Shown: positions 50,342-61,835, counted from the stretch's first letter. The stretch is DNA of 64,000 nt from Camelus dromedarius (GCF_036321535.1 NC_087438.1:115692001-115756000); one strand, 5' to 3'. Numbers and translations are program-made. Notes: generated from the sequence alone by a model not told the origin.

Positions 50342-50700
50342 TGCTGTGGACATTTATGTCCACCTCTCCCCTCCCCACAAACCCCGGCCTCACTCATATG
50401 AAGCCTTAACCCCCAGTGAGATGATGTCAGGAGGTGGGACCTTTGGGTGGTGATTAGGGTTAGATGAGGTCATGAGAGTGAGGTGCCCAAAGTAGGACTG
50501 GTGCCGTTATAAGAGGAAGAGACCAGAGAGCTCTCTCCTCCATACGAAGACACAACGAAAAGGCAGCCATATGTGAACCAGGAAGAGAGACTTCACCAGA
50601 ACCCTGCTGGCACCTAATCTCAGACTTTCAGCCTTCAGAACTGTGAGAAATAAGCTGCCTGGTTTGGTGTTCTGCTAGGGCAGCCCAAGCAGACAGACAC
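50342..50700 (+). mobile_element. MaLR (MLT1A/MST-type) solo LTR in an MRPL55 intron
   Basis: ttaacccccagtg...gaggtgggacctttggg...gattagggttagatgaggtcatgag...ttataagaggaagaga...ctgctggcacctaatctcagactttcagccttcagaactgtgagaaataa. Confidence 0.9.
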
Positions 50701-52180
50701 CTGGTCCACTTGGCTTCTGAATGCACACAGCAGAGCACATGACTCAAGGTGATAGGAAAGTGCCAGCCCCTGTTCTGACCTGCTCTACCCAGCCACATGA
50801 CCCAACATTTGTCTCATTTGCTCGATTTCCCTATCCCAGCCTTGCCCCATGACCCCCAAAAGTCTCTTCCAGCCTGGCTTTCATGCAAACTTGAATTCAG
50901 ACCCCACAGGCTGTGCCTCAGTCCATCTGTTTCCCCACAGATTCGAGGAAGAATGTCTAAATGAGTGCCAGAATGTCCTGGAATTGTCAGGTACTCCAGA
51001 AGTGGCCTCATTCTCCCAGCATTCTTTGGAACACTTGTGGTGGACAGGCATCCTGATACTTGCCACATGCCTTTTCCCAGCTCCCTCACTGCACCGGCAG
51101 TCACATCAACCCAGACCACACCAGCAGACTCCCATCTGGTCCCCATAACAATTCCAATTAGGTTTCCCTGCTCTGCGGGCAGTAGTTCAAAAACCCCAAC
51201 ATTCACATCACTTCAGTAGTTCCAACCAAACTTTCAGGACTTCTCTCTCCACAAAGCAGCCAGCACCAGCACACATGCCATGCACAGCCACAGTACGGCA
51301 GCCCCTGCTTTGGCTGTGGTTCCCACAACCCCCCTGCACTTCCCAGCTGACACCTCAGGCTGAGGGCCCATCTCCTTCACTAGTCTGATGGCCTGGAGTA
51401 AGAACTGCATCTTATTTGCTATGAAGTCCCAGACCCTGGTTGAGTGCTCAGTAAATTTTGGCAACATGAAACCAGTCCCTGCCTTTAGAAGTGCATGACT
51501 GGAGAAATGAGATGGTGGATGAGCTCCAGCACCAAAGGAACCTGCAGTCAGTTGGGCAGGGCCTGCACCTAAGCAGCACGAGGCAGCCCAGGGCACAGCC
51601 ACTCCAGAGAACCCGATGTTGGTGACTCAGGAGACTTCTGGAAGAGGGGAAAAGAGTGGATGTTCCCCCACCATAACAGCAGTTACAATTCCACCGTGAA
51701 CCCTTCTCAGCACGAGGCCCCTCCACGGAACATTGCAGACAGAGTCCCCTCCCCATCTTCATACTAACCTACAGCTTCAGATGCCACATCCCTCTCCCTA
51801 GATTCTGCACAAACAGTTCAAGACTTGCATCCTTTCTCTCCTCCCACAAGGGGTGGGAGGAACAGGTAGATGGGGAGGCAGTTCTGGTGGGAAGAGCAGG
51901 AAAGCCATGGTATCCTCCAGGACCCAGAGCCTAGCTGGGCTGCAGGCTCTGAATAGGACAGTGACCACCATCACATCTGTTTGGTGCTACGTACTCACAA
52001 GTTACTTCTGTTTTTCTCTCAACACTGTTGAGGTGCTCACACATATGTACTTGTATGTATTCTCCAGATACACTGCCTCTGGAGGCTCTCCTGAGGCAGC
52101 ACAGCCTAAGGCTCTTGAGTGAGCATTCTCTGGGTGGCCCCATTACAGCAGTCCCAAGAGGCCTGGAAGTCCACGCTTAC

Positions 52181-52206
52181 CCCAGCAAGCTGCCCATGAC
52201 CGCCAT
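52181..52206 (-). CDS. MRPL55: MRPL55 first coding segment (exon 52181-52221; ATG at 52206)
   Basis: ATG GCG GTC ATG GGC AGC TTG CTG GG|gtaagc = MAVMGSLLG (human MAAVGSLLG); phase 2 joins 50047. Confidence 0.9.
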
Positions 52207-52409
52207 CCCTCCTGAGAACCCCTGCAGCTCGTGAAGGCCCAGAGTCAGTCAATGGTCCAGTGTGGAACCTGCTGGGCAAAGCAATAAAAGATCTTTTTAA
52301 AAGGCAGGCTTCTCCACCTCATTGAACCTCACCAAATCCCAGACAGAACAAAGCCGTCTCCAAGAGACATACCAGTTCAGTGCCAGTCTCTCCCAATAAC
52401 CTATCAGGG

Positions 52410-52530
52410 CTTCAGCCCTGACTTGGCATTAGCATCACCTGTGGACGATTTCTGACCCGCAGATGCCCCTGTCCTACTCCCGAAGACTCTGACTCAGTAA
52501 GTCTGAAGCAGGACCCGGGCCCATTCTCGT
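52410..52530. mobile_element. MER5A-like fragment
   Basis: gcattagcatcacctgtggac...gcagatgcccctgtcctactccc...gactctgactcagtaagtctg resembles MER5A. Confidence 0.6.
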
Positions 52531-52676
52531 GGGTTGCAAAGTCAGGAAAACCACTCTGAAGATGGAGTACAATGTAAAAAGTGAAGCCTGGCTCATACTT
52601 TGTTTTCCAAGGTCATTTCACTCTCACAAAATCCAGCGAAATAAGGATTACGAAAGGGGAGCTGGTGCTTGCTTAC

Positions 52677-52812
52677 TGACCCCTGACTCCCAGGAAAGCG
52701 TCTCTGCTGTTTTCCGCGGTGACAAACCAGTTGTTTCAAATACCAAATACTTGAGATCCCGGTCATTAAACAGCCCTCCCGGCCGCGACCGGCAAATTTG
52801 CCTTGCTGTCCC
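52677..52812 (-). other. MRPL55: Candidate MRPL55 upstream cassette exon with an in-frame ATG (52766)
   Basis: Acceptor gccctgccctgacag| at 52812 and donor |gtaagc at 52676; the ATG gives 30 codons that join in frame to the main start. Confidence 0.5.
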
Positions 52813-53024
52813 CTGTCAGGGCAGGGCATCTGAGGGCCTTCCTCCGCCTTAGCAGGTGACTCGGCAGGAAATCGAAATGCTATATACCTCGAAAGCTGAT
52901 GCCTGCCCATCCTCTCACCCTCGAGGGCCTGCGGTTTGCCGCTGGGCCCGGACCCTCCCTTGGGGGGAAGCCCTCCACGCCCGCGCGACGCAGCTCCTTT
53001 CCGGCACCAGTTTGCCACCCTTAC

Positions 53025-53090
53025 TGCCTTCGGAGCGGCCTCCAGGACCAGCAGCCGAGCTGCTTCCGGCCAAGTGGGTGCGGTACTAGC
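53025..53090 (-). other. MRPL55: Candidate MRPL55 non-coding exon 1 (5' end approximate)
   Basis: Donor GGCA|gtaagg at 53024 inside the CpG island; ETS CCGGAAG; position fits a head-to-head arrangement with GUK1. Confidence 0.55.
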
Positions 53091-53314
53091 CAGGGCCCCG
53101 CACACGGTCACGGCCAACTAAACTTTCGGTCCTCCTACGGCGGCGCCGTGACGTCATCCACCGGCGCAGCGTCGTGCGGTGATGACCTATACGCCCTCTG
53201 GCAGACGCAGGGCCGACGCCGCGCGGACGTACTTCCTGAGGGGCGGGGAGAGGCCGGCGCGGCGCGGCGCGGCGCTGTGACGTAGGTCCCCGCGGGCGGT
53301 GGAGGCGGCCCCTC
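53090..53314. promoter_or_regulatory. MRPL55/GUK1 bidirectional CpG-island promoter
   Basis: TGACGTCA 53149-53156, ETS ACTTCCTG 53231-53238, GC box at about 53240-53249, half-CRE TGACGTA 53278-53284; the genes diverge on either side. Confidence 0.85.
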
Positions 53315-53375
53315 ATGCTGCGGCGCCCGCTGGCCGGGCTGGCGGCAGCCGCCCTGGGCCGGGTATCCTCGGACG
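53315..53375 (+). CDS. GUK1: GUK1 long-isoform exon 1 (mitochondrial-type leader)
   Basis: MLRRPLAGLAAAALGRVSSD + G|gtgagt (human MLRRPLAGLAAAALGRAPPDG); in frame with exon 2 via G|GG ATG. Confidence 0.88.
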
Positions 53376-54714
53376 GTGAGTGGCATCCCCTCACAGAGGT
53401 GCGGAGGTCCCGGCGCGCGCAGGCCCGGGGAGGGCCTTCCTGGGACGTCCGGCCCCGGGCTTGCATTTTGCAGGCTGAATCTGAGGCGGAGAGGTGGGGG
53501 CTGCCGCTGCTCGCGCGTGTGGCGCCGCCCGAGCCTTTGCTGAGCCGGGTATCGTGCACCTGCCTCAGGGACTCGTGGGGCTGTGCTCGTGCATTCGGTC
53601 ACGTCGCCAGCCACCGAAACTGCCCTCGGCGGCCCTCAGTTGTTCCCAGAGCTCCGTCCCAGGGCGAGCAAAGCGGGGTGGACATGGATAGAGTAGTGTG
53701 TCTTTTCATGGAGGCAAATTGACTCCATTTGAAGGGTTGCCCTTCGTTTTTGAATGTATCCTGAGTGTCTCTGTGTTAGAATTGCCTTTGGCAGTTATTA
53801 TTTTTACTTAGACAAATTAAACGCTGCTTCTCCTGTGTCAGTCCTCCAAATGTAGGAGGAATTTCTTCTGGCACGGGAAGCTCCAGACAGCTTGTAAAAC
53901 CCCTGCAGCCTGAGGACTTCATGCTGGATGCCATTGTGGACCCTGCAGGATGCTGAGGGGCAGAGAGGGGAAGCAGCCTGACACCCTCCCCAAGGTGGAC
54001 CACACAGCAGAGCCGAAAACCCCAGGAGATCAAGGTTCTGGAGGCCTTTAGGTGGCCCTTGGAATGGCAGAGTCCCTGAAGTCCCTACCAGCTCCCCTGG
54101 CCTGTAGAAATGTGTGGTCTACTGTGAGCTCAAGGGAAGCAGCAGAGATAACAGTTGGGGAAGCCTCTTGGTGGTCCAGTTCTGGTGCTGTGTTCGGTTC
54201 CCACCACATTTTGCAAACCCAGGGGGCCCTAGGTGGGCGGAGCTGACTGCTCCAAGGACTCCCAGCTAGAATGTCCCCCCGGGGACTGCTGCAGATTCCT
54301 GGCCTGCCCCACAGCTCAGCGCTGCTGGACGTTGCAGGTGTGGGTGCTCCACGCAGGAGCCGGTTATTAGTGGCAGGCTTTCCTGACTGGTGGGCATGGT
54401 AGTTGTGGTTCCCCTTCCCTCAGGATAAGACACCTCAAGCCTAGGTTGCTGGAGCTGCCCATCTATTGTTCTTAGACATGCTTTTGGGAGCAGTGAGAGG
54501 GAGTGAGCCTCCTTCACCCAGGTGCTGGTTTGGGGAGGGACAGTGAGGTGTGCCCCCTCACCTGTTATAACTGCTTTCTGATTGGGGGTGGGGTGGAAGC
54601 TGAGGTGATGGTTGGCCAGTGTAGGTTGGGTCCCACAGGGCCAGGATGTGCTTCTCATGGTCAGCCTTGAATGAGTCCCCTGTGAGCACGCCTTGGCAAC
54701 ACACCTGTCCGAAC

Positions 54715-55122
54715 TGTTGGGCTAATTGATAGCCTTCAAAGTCCAAGGACCCCCATTTCTGGGCTCTCAGATAAAGCACATTCTTTCCTGGGTGTGTTTT
54801 CCCTAACAAACCAATACCCCCAAGTAATGCCCACCTTATCAGAGTCAAACCCCACCACCCTTCATGGACCCTAAACCTCTTACCTCACCTACAGCCAAAG
54901 ACTTGTGCACAAGCCTATCAGGACCAACCTTATAAAAGACCAACAACCAGCCCTCGGCGCTCGTGCAGGCACCCCTCACCTGTGTGGCCGTCTGTTGCCT
55001 GTGACAGTGAACCCTAATAAACTCCTTTCTGTTCTTATACTTTATATCTCTAAATTCTTTCACCAACCCATGTCGCTATGTCACTGGCTCACTGACTGGC
55101 TGCCCTGTTGTGTCACACAACA
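54715..55122 (+). mobile_element. ERV-type solo LTR, sense orientation, in GUK1 intron 1 (5' boundary uncertain)
   Basis: TATAAAAG 54931, AATAAA 55016-55021, TAAATTCTTTCAC 55051-55063, ends CACAACA at 55122. Confidence 0.7.
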
Positions 55123-55681
55123 TGAATGTGGGCTTCTCTGGGCTTTTCTGTCACTCTTAGATCTCCCAGACCACAACTGGTGAAGGACCCAGGAAAACCT
55201 TCACCTTCACCACCAGGAGGGATCTGGGGTGGGTGTGGCTTCCTGTCTTAGCATTGACAGAAATTTCCTGCCACAGGAGCCCCAGCTCTCCCCTCTTCTT
55301 GTGATAACTGCACACACTTGCCAGCACACACCAGGCCACTCTTGATCCAGGTTGGTGCCACACCTCTGATAAGTGCAGTTTGCCCAGGCTTTCCTTTAGA
55401 TTGTAGGAACACGTTGACCCAGTCATTGACCTTTAAGATCAATGGTTTCTTTGAGTAGCAGATTCTGGGAGTTCAAAAGTACATTTTTCCTCATCCATAC
55501 CCAAGCTTTTTAAAAAAAATACCTGAACTGTTAATCTACATGTTTTGCATCACGTTTAGCATAGCCCAAGAAACACATTCAGAGGATTTGAGGAAGCGCA
55601 GGAAGGAAGAGGGTTTTATGATGTGGTTGCGGGGCGAAGGAGGTGACCACAGTCCTCCAGGAGGAAAGGGAAAGCACTGAA

Positions 55682-56020
55682 TGTTGTGGGGTTTGGCGGG
55701 CTGACGCACAGGCAGTGAAAGAATTTACCAAGGACAGGATGAAAATAGAAAAGGCATTTAATAGGTGCGCTTCCATAGACAACAGTGGGCCACCAGACAA
55801 GAGATGCCTGTGTGAGCTCTGTAAGCCACTGAGGTCTTTTATTATGGCGGATTACATCAGGTGCCAGAGGGTCACAAGGCGTGTGATCGGCTTGTGCACA
55901 AGTCTCTCATTGGTTGATGTTGAGATAATAGGGAAAGTGAAGGTCGGGAAAGGGTAGGGCTACATGACTCCAGTAGGGGGCTGTGACCAGTTCTGGTGGC
56001 ATTGCATGGGCCTCGGAACA
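55682..56020 (-). mobile_element. Related ERV-type solo LTR, antisense, in GUK1 intron 1 (5' boundary uncertain)
   Basis: Minus strand: CCAAT (55909-55913), ATAAAAGAC (55834-55842), ATTAAA (55757-55762), TAAATTCTTTCAC (55715-55727), ends CACAACA at 55682. Confidence 0.7.
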
Positions 56021-59000
56021 GAAATCTGCCAAATGTCTGTGGACTCTACACAAAGGGTGAACTGCTGGAGCACTGGTGTGGGGGCAGGTGCCCTGAAGTT
56101 GGGCTCTGGTCCCTGACTGAACCCATGTACCAGGCCTCTGTTTCCCCTGGTCCCTCCCTGACTTTTTATGTGCTAAGCCTCGGCTTCCTCTGGGTCCCTC
56201 TCTGATCCTGTGTGTGCTGGTTCCTGGCTGACGCTGGGTGTGCCTGGCTGTGGTTTCCCCTCCGTGAGAGTGAATCCTGCCCCACCCAGAAAGGCCTGGG
56301 CTTCTTCCTGCTGCATGGTTTGTTTGCCCTAGAGCCCTTTCTCTCTCCTGCTCCCTCTGCCTTCCAATGGGACTTGAGTGAAGATCTCGTGTAGAACTGA
56401 ATCCTGCTTCTTCTCCTCGAAGGAAAGAGACCCAGATGCAGCTGTGTAGTGCCATGACATGCTCAAGTCTTCCACAGTGTGGCTTCTAGCCAACGCTTCT
56501 GAGGGCCAAGCTTCCTCTCAGGGAAGGCACGGTCCTCACCCCACTGTGGGAAGAGGACGTGAGAAGGAAATCACTGGCTGCTTTGTTGCTGTCCCACATC
56601 AAGCCAGGTTCTTGAAGGTTAAGTGGCTTCTTAAGGTCACTGGGCCAGGACATGTCCCACACACAGAGCACCTGGGACCTAGGCCAGGGTGGTTCTCCTG
56701 TCCCACACTGCCTGTTTGGGGGCTGGAGCATGACCAGCCCTCTGACCCAGATGCTCAGGGTTCCTGATACAGTGTAGAGAGCCAGGTGGAAACCAGTGTT
56801 TTGAGGTGAGATAACGAGTAAGACTTGTGCTCAGCATGCCCTGTGAGGGTGTCAGGCCCTGGGACTTCCTTGTGTAGTTTTGCAGTGTCTAGTTGTTAGA
56901 GCTTATGACTACAACATCTGGTCATGGCTGTGGGCACGGAGAAGAGGGCAGGAACTGCTAGGGAAGCATTTAGTGGCCTGTGTGCCAGTCTGGAAGTACA
57001 GGGCAGGTCAACACCATGCATCCTCTCGGTCTTGCTGGCAAGTTTACAGTTAGGAGCTTCAGGGTGCCCATGGGGATGTGGGATGTGAGGGTGGGACACC
57101 TGCCCAAGTTGGGCACGTGGCAAAAGAGCAGAATGCTCCTGAGGGGCTTCTTCATAGGCAGGATGGGTCCTCCCCTCCATAGAGGTGGTTGCCCCAAGTT
57201 GGGTCCAGAAGGTGCCAACTGCATCCACTGGGTTGAGGATTTGTTGCTGTAAGTGAGGCCCAGGTAGGCTTTCTGGTCCTTCTCTCTGAGCATTGCCATG
57301 TGTCCACTTGGTGTTGCTTGCCCTTGCCCTGGAGAAACTCACATTCTTGTGGCACTGACATGCTGCCTGGTCCTAGGCAGACCTAAGTGGCTGAACGACC
57401 ATAGCTGCCCTGCATGCAAGGTGGGGAGGGACATGTATACAGTGGTAACCCAGCACAGTCCAGAGGCCAGGTAATGTGGTAGGCAGATCACAGCCTTCAC
57501 AGCCTTTCTCTTTCCAGGGCCCCTCTAGGAGCAGCATCCTTGCTCAGGTACTTGGTGGCCCCCAGCCTCTCCTCTGCCCTCCTGTGCCCCTCTACCCCCC
57601 CACCCCCGCAACAGCTCTCCCCATCCTTGGTCGCTCAGCATCTAGAAAGTCAGGGCAGACCCAGGGGAGTGGGCTGGGCTGCCCATGGGACATCCATTCT
57701 GCGAAGGAAGGGACTTTGTGAAGGGCAACAGCGAGGGAGAGATGAGACCTCTCCGTGCACCAGGCCTTAGGGGAGGGAGGGGGCTGCGCTCTGCTGTGCA
57801 GTCACCAGCAGTGGGCTTGGAGTCGGACGTACACACGTGTGGGCATGTGTGTGGTGGCACACGTGTCTGGGTAGGAAAGTTCGCACACCAGAAAAGAACT
57901 GGGTATCTAGTGGGACAGACTGTTCCTCAATGAAAATGACGTACTGTTGTAATAGGAAACTTCAAGAGGCAAAGGAGCTAAGAATTGGTCACTTAGAGAT
58001 GGCAGAGTATGGATGAATTCTTCTGGGTCTCTTTCTATTATCTCTGTTCAGCAGTGGATCGTGTTTCCCACTTTTTCTGTAGGCATTTGCGTATGGCGTG
58101 ATGGTCCCAGAATAGTGGTGCTTTAGCCAGATTACCCAGGTTGGCCTACATTGTGGATTAAGAAAGCAGTGCCCACCTGGGGCCCTGCTGGAAAGCTGCC
58201 CGGGCTGGGTGTCCCTCAGCAGAGTGGTCTGTCCCTCCTAGGCCTCACTGCTGGTCTGCTGGCCACCGACTGCTCCTTGGGGACTTCCACACCTTACCAG
58301 GCAGCCCACAGACACAGCCCTGCAGGGCCAGGCCAGCTCACCACATGCCCTCCCGGAGTCTCCCGCTGCCTATCTCCCAGCTCCCCTGCTCAGTGTCCAC
58401 CTCAGTCCCCATCTTCTGAGGCTCCCGAAGCACCTGACCTTCCTCGGCGCGTCTTGCTCACGTGGCTGGGTGGGGAGGGGTGCCTCTCTGGGGTGAGGAG
58501 CAGCCTTTTCCCTCCGTGCTGAGCAGGTGGTGCTGGCTGCGCTGGCAGGGATTTAGTGCTCGGAGGGTGAGGCACAGGCAGGGATTACCAGTCTCCAGCC
58601 AGCTCATCCAGAGCAGCCCCAGGCTGAGTACGGAGGCTGCACCCCACCCAGAAGGTAGGTCCTGTGTGAAGGGTGTTGGGGTGGTCCAACAAGCACAGAG
58701 CTGGCTAAGCTGATGCCCCCCAGAGCTCCCCAATTCTTCCTACCCTCAGTGTTCTCGCGTGGCAGGTGTATGAGCCCTGTGCTGTGAGCTGGGAGGGTGG
58801 CCCCCACTGCTCTCCTACTGGCTTCATGAGACTCAAGTATCAGAGAGGTAGGTCAGGAACCTGGTCCCTCGAAGTCAGCCCCTCACTTTTCAATGGAAGT
58901 TTCCAGAACAGGGCTTGGGTTCTACTGACCTTGACCAAGGGCACCTCTGGGGCTTGGTGCCAGGAGATGCAGGAATGGGGACCCAGACATGCCCCTCCCA

Positions 59001-59276
59001 GGAGCCAAAGTCCAGGCTCCTTGAGGTGCAGAGTAGGAGGGGACGGCTGGGGCGGCCGCATGCTTGTGGTTAGTGCATCTGTTACCAGGTAGCCCGCCCC
59101 AAAGGAAGGCACGGCTGGAGCTTGAGCATGGCTCTGAGTGACTGCCCACAGCTCTGCCCAATTCCTGGGGTGAATTAACTTGGGGCAGAGATGGGGGCAC
59201 TGTAGTCACCTCACCCACTTCCATAGGAAGCAGGTCCCTCAGGCCCTGCTGATTATTTGTCCCCCGTCACCTATAG

Positions 59277-59390
59277 GGATGTCAGGACCAAGGCCTGTTG
59301 TCCTGAGCGGACCCTCGGGGGCTGGGAAGAGCACCCTACTGAAGAGACTACTGCAGGAACATGGCAGCATCTTCGGCTTCAGCGTGTCTC
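59277..59390 (+). CDS. GUK1: Guanylate kinase exon 2 (short-isoform ATG at 59279)
   Basis: [37 protein letters not shown] with the P-loop GPSGAGKS; tag / gtgagg. Short CDS totals 597 nt = 198 aa plus stop. Confidence 0.97.
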
Positions 59391-59572
59391 GTGAGGCCCC
59401 AGGGGAGGTGGGGGAGGGTCTCAAGGATGCTGGGGGCAGGGACCCCTGCTGACATGCCCTGGAGCCCCCCCCACGCCCCCAGAAGGGTGGAGCCAGGCCC
59501 TGTGGGAAGGCCCAGGGGATGGGATGCATGGGGCTCCAGGTGTCCAGGTCAGTCACAGGTATTTGTTCCCAG

Positions 59573-59614
59573 ACACCACGAGGAACCCGAGGCCAGGAGA
59601 GGAGAACGGCAAAG
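59573..59614 (+). CDS. GUK1: GUK1 exon 3
   Basis: (H)TTRNPRPGEENGK, guanylate kinase signature; 42 nt; cag / gtgagc. Confidence 0.97.
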
Positions 59615-60241
59615 GTGAGCTCAGCCAGCCGGCCTCAGTGCTCCAGCCCTGTGCTAGAGCAGCCCTCCGCCTGTCGTGATACATGAGGCCTCCCTCTCCC
59701 CATCTGCTGTGTGGGTCCCTCTTCTGGGCAGGGTGGGCATAATTAGGAACCAGGCATCATGGTGCATGCTGGTGCCCAGTGTCCACATGAGAGGCTGGGT
59801 GGGGGCCCTGGTCCTGGCATGAGGCAGCTGAGGGGCCCCTTTCCTCAGTGTGTGCTGCCCATGCTGTGTGGTTGAGATCATAGCCGTGCACCATGTAGGG
59901 CTCTCTGGCATCGTGAGCATTTTCTATAGTTTTAGTAGGGCTTCTATGCCTACCTGACACATAGCATGGAAGTCCACCCCAGCCTCCCCTGCTGAAGCTG
60001 GCAGTCTCCAGTCTCCCCCTCCCAAACTCCCCTGCAGTCGCCGGTGGTCTCCAGGCCCTCCTCGGTGGGGACAGTGTGAAAAATGGCCCCTGCCCATCTG
60101 TCTCCCCCTCAGACATCTCCCTGCCCCCGTGGCCTGAGCAGCCTTCATTGTGGATGAACAGACAGGGATAGACAGGCCCAGAAGGGGAGAAGCTGGTAAC
60201 CTGGCTGTGGTCATACTTGGACAGCTCCTCCTCCTTTGCAG

Positions 60242-60338
60242 ATTACTACTTTGTGACCAGGGAGGTGATGCAGCGGGACATTGCTGCTGGAGACTTCATC
60301 GAGCATGCCGAGTTTTCAGGGAACTTGTATGGGACCAG
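60242..60338 (+). CDS. GUK1: GUK1 exon 4
   Basis: (D)[31 protein letters not shown]; 97 nt. Confidence 0.97.
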
Positions 60339-61531
60339 GTGGGCCATGCTTGGGGCCCTCCCTTCATCCAATTCTCTCAAGGACCTGGAATGGGTGGCCC
60401 AAGCAGGGGGTTTCTCTTTGTGGCCCCCCCAGGCAGCGAGTCTACCCTTGGCTGGGCCCCTGGTTGGGGTTTTCTCTGCGGGCTATCTATCTGGGCAGTT
60501 GGGGCAAGGGACCTAACCCCCAAGGGTCAAGATGAGGCAGCAGTCAGGGCTCTTCAGGCCACTCCCTCCTGGCCCAGCCCTACCTGGCCTGCTGTGGGAA
60601 CCATGGGCCGCTCAAGGGACTGGTATGTAGTGAGAACTCAGGGAACCTGGGTCTCACAGGTCGGCAGGTTTCACTGTGGCCCCCTCCCCTGCAACCAGTG
60701 GGGCAGCCTGGGAGGGTCCCTGGGGCAACAGAAGCTGCCCCCCTCCTCAACCAGAGCAGGGTCTATGGTGGCTCTTCCCATACGGCTTGTGAGGCTTGGG
60801 AGCAGTGTCTTGACACAGGCAGGCAGGCCCAGACATGCCTTTGTGCACAGCCTGTCCCTGAGCCACCTGGCTGGGTGAGGCAGGGACCCCACAAGACCCA
60901 TTGTGCTCTGCTTCCAGGTGCAGGTGGAAAGAATGGTCGGTCCCAGAGTGGGGTTGTTTGGCCACTGTTGGGACACTCAGTGCCCACTGAGAGGTAGTTC
61001 CCCCAGTGGAGAGCATGTGGTACATGGTGACCCCAGGGTGAGGGGCCAGGGCCTACAAAGGACGGCCAGGGGATGAGGAAGCCCAACGGGGTGTCGAGTA
61101 GTGCTGTGGGGGCCCTGGGCCAAGGCATCCCTGCCTGAGCAGGGCTCCAGTCTGCAGGACATGAGAGAGGTGGCCATCCTTGTCCCTGAGGTCAGGATCC
61201 AGAGGGTATTGTCTTCTAGGGGCATGATTGGTGGGTTGGACTGATAGAGGTGATGGAGTGGTGTGGCCTGGGGGCAGGTGCCAGGAGGAGAGGCCCTGGG
61301 CCAGGGTCTGCAGGGCTACCTACTCCCACTCCTGGACCAGCAGAGGGCCCCCATGTGCAAGGGTTGCTCAGGGAGTGCCTCCAGAAAGGGGAGCAGATGC
61401 CAGGGTTAGGCTGGGCAGACAGGCTCAGAGCAGAGGATGGGCAGTGATGGTCCCACTGAGGCTCTTTGAGGCTGTAGGGGCTGCTGGAGCCCGGGGAGGC
61501 CCCAGCTGAGCAGCACCCCCTCATCCCCCAG

Positions 61532-61670
61532 CAAAGCGGCCGTGCGGGCCGTCCAGGCCATGAACCGCATCTGCGTGCTGGACGTGGATCTGCAGGGCGT
61601 GCGCAACATTAAGAAGACTGATCTGCAGCCAATCTACATCTGTGTGCAGCCACCCTCGCTGGATGTCTTG
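61532..61670 (+). CDS. GUK1: GUK1 exon 5
   Basis: (S)[46 protein letters not shown]; 139 nt. Confidence 0.97.
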
Positions 61671-61750
61671 GTGAGGGCCGAGAAAGGAGGGGGAGGGGGG
61701 TGAGGCGGCCCCAGAAGCTTTGACCTTCTGACCTTTGTGCTTCATCTCAG

Positions 61751-61835
61751 GAGCAGCGGCTGCGGCAGCGGAACACAGAGACGGAGGAGAGCCTGGCCAA
61801 GCGCTTAGCTGCCGCCCGGGCTGACATGGAGAGCA
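61751..61835 (+). CDS. GUK1: GUK1 exon 6
   Basis: [28 protein letters not shown]; 85 nt. Confidence 0.97.

Noticed and set aside
50455-50465. Telomere-like TTAGGGTTAG
   Set aside because: Part of the MaLR LTR consensus, not an interstitial telomeric array.
56970-57342. Overlapping 100-150 aa minus-strand ORFs in GUK1 intron 1, considered as a retrocopy or ERV internal fragment
   Set aside because: I recognised no gag/pol/env or cellular protein motif; a BLASTx search would be needed to reopen it.
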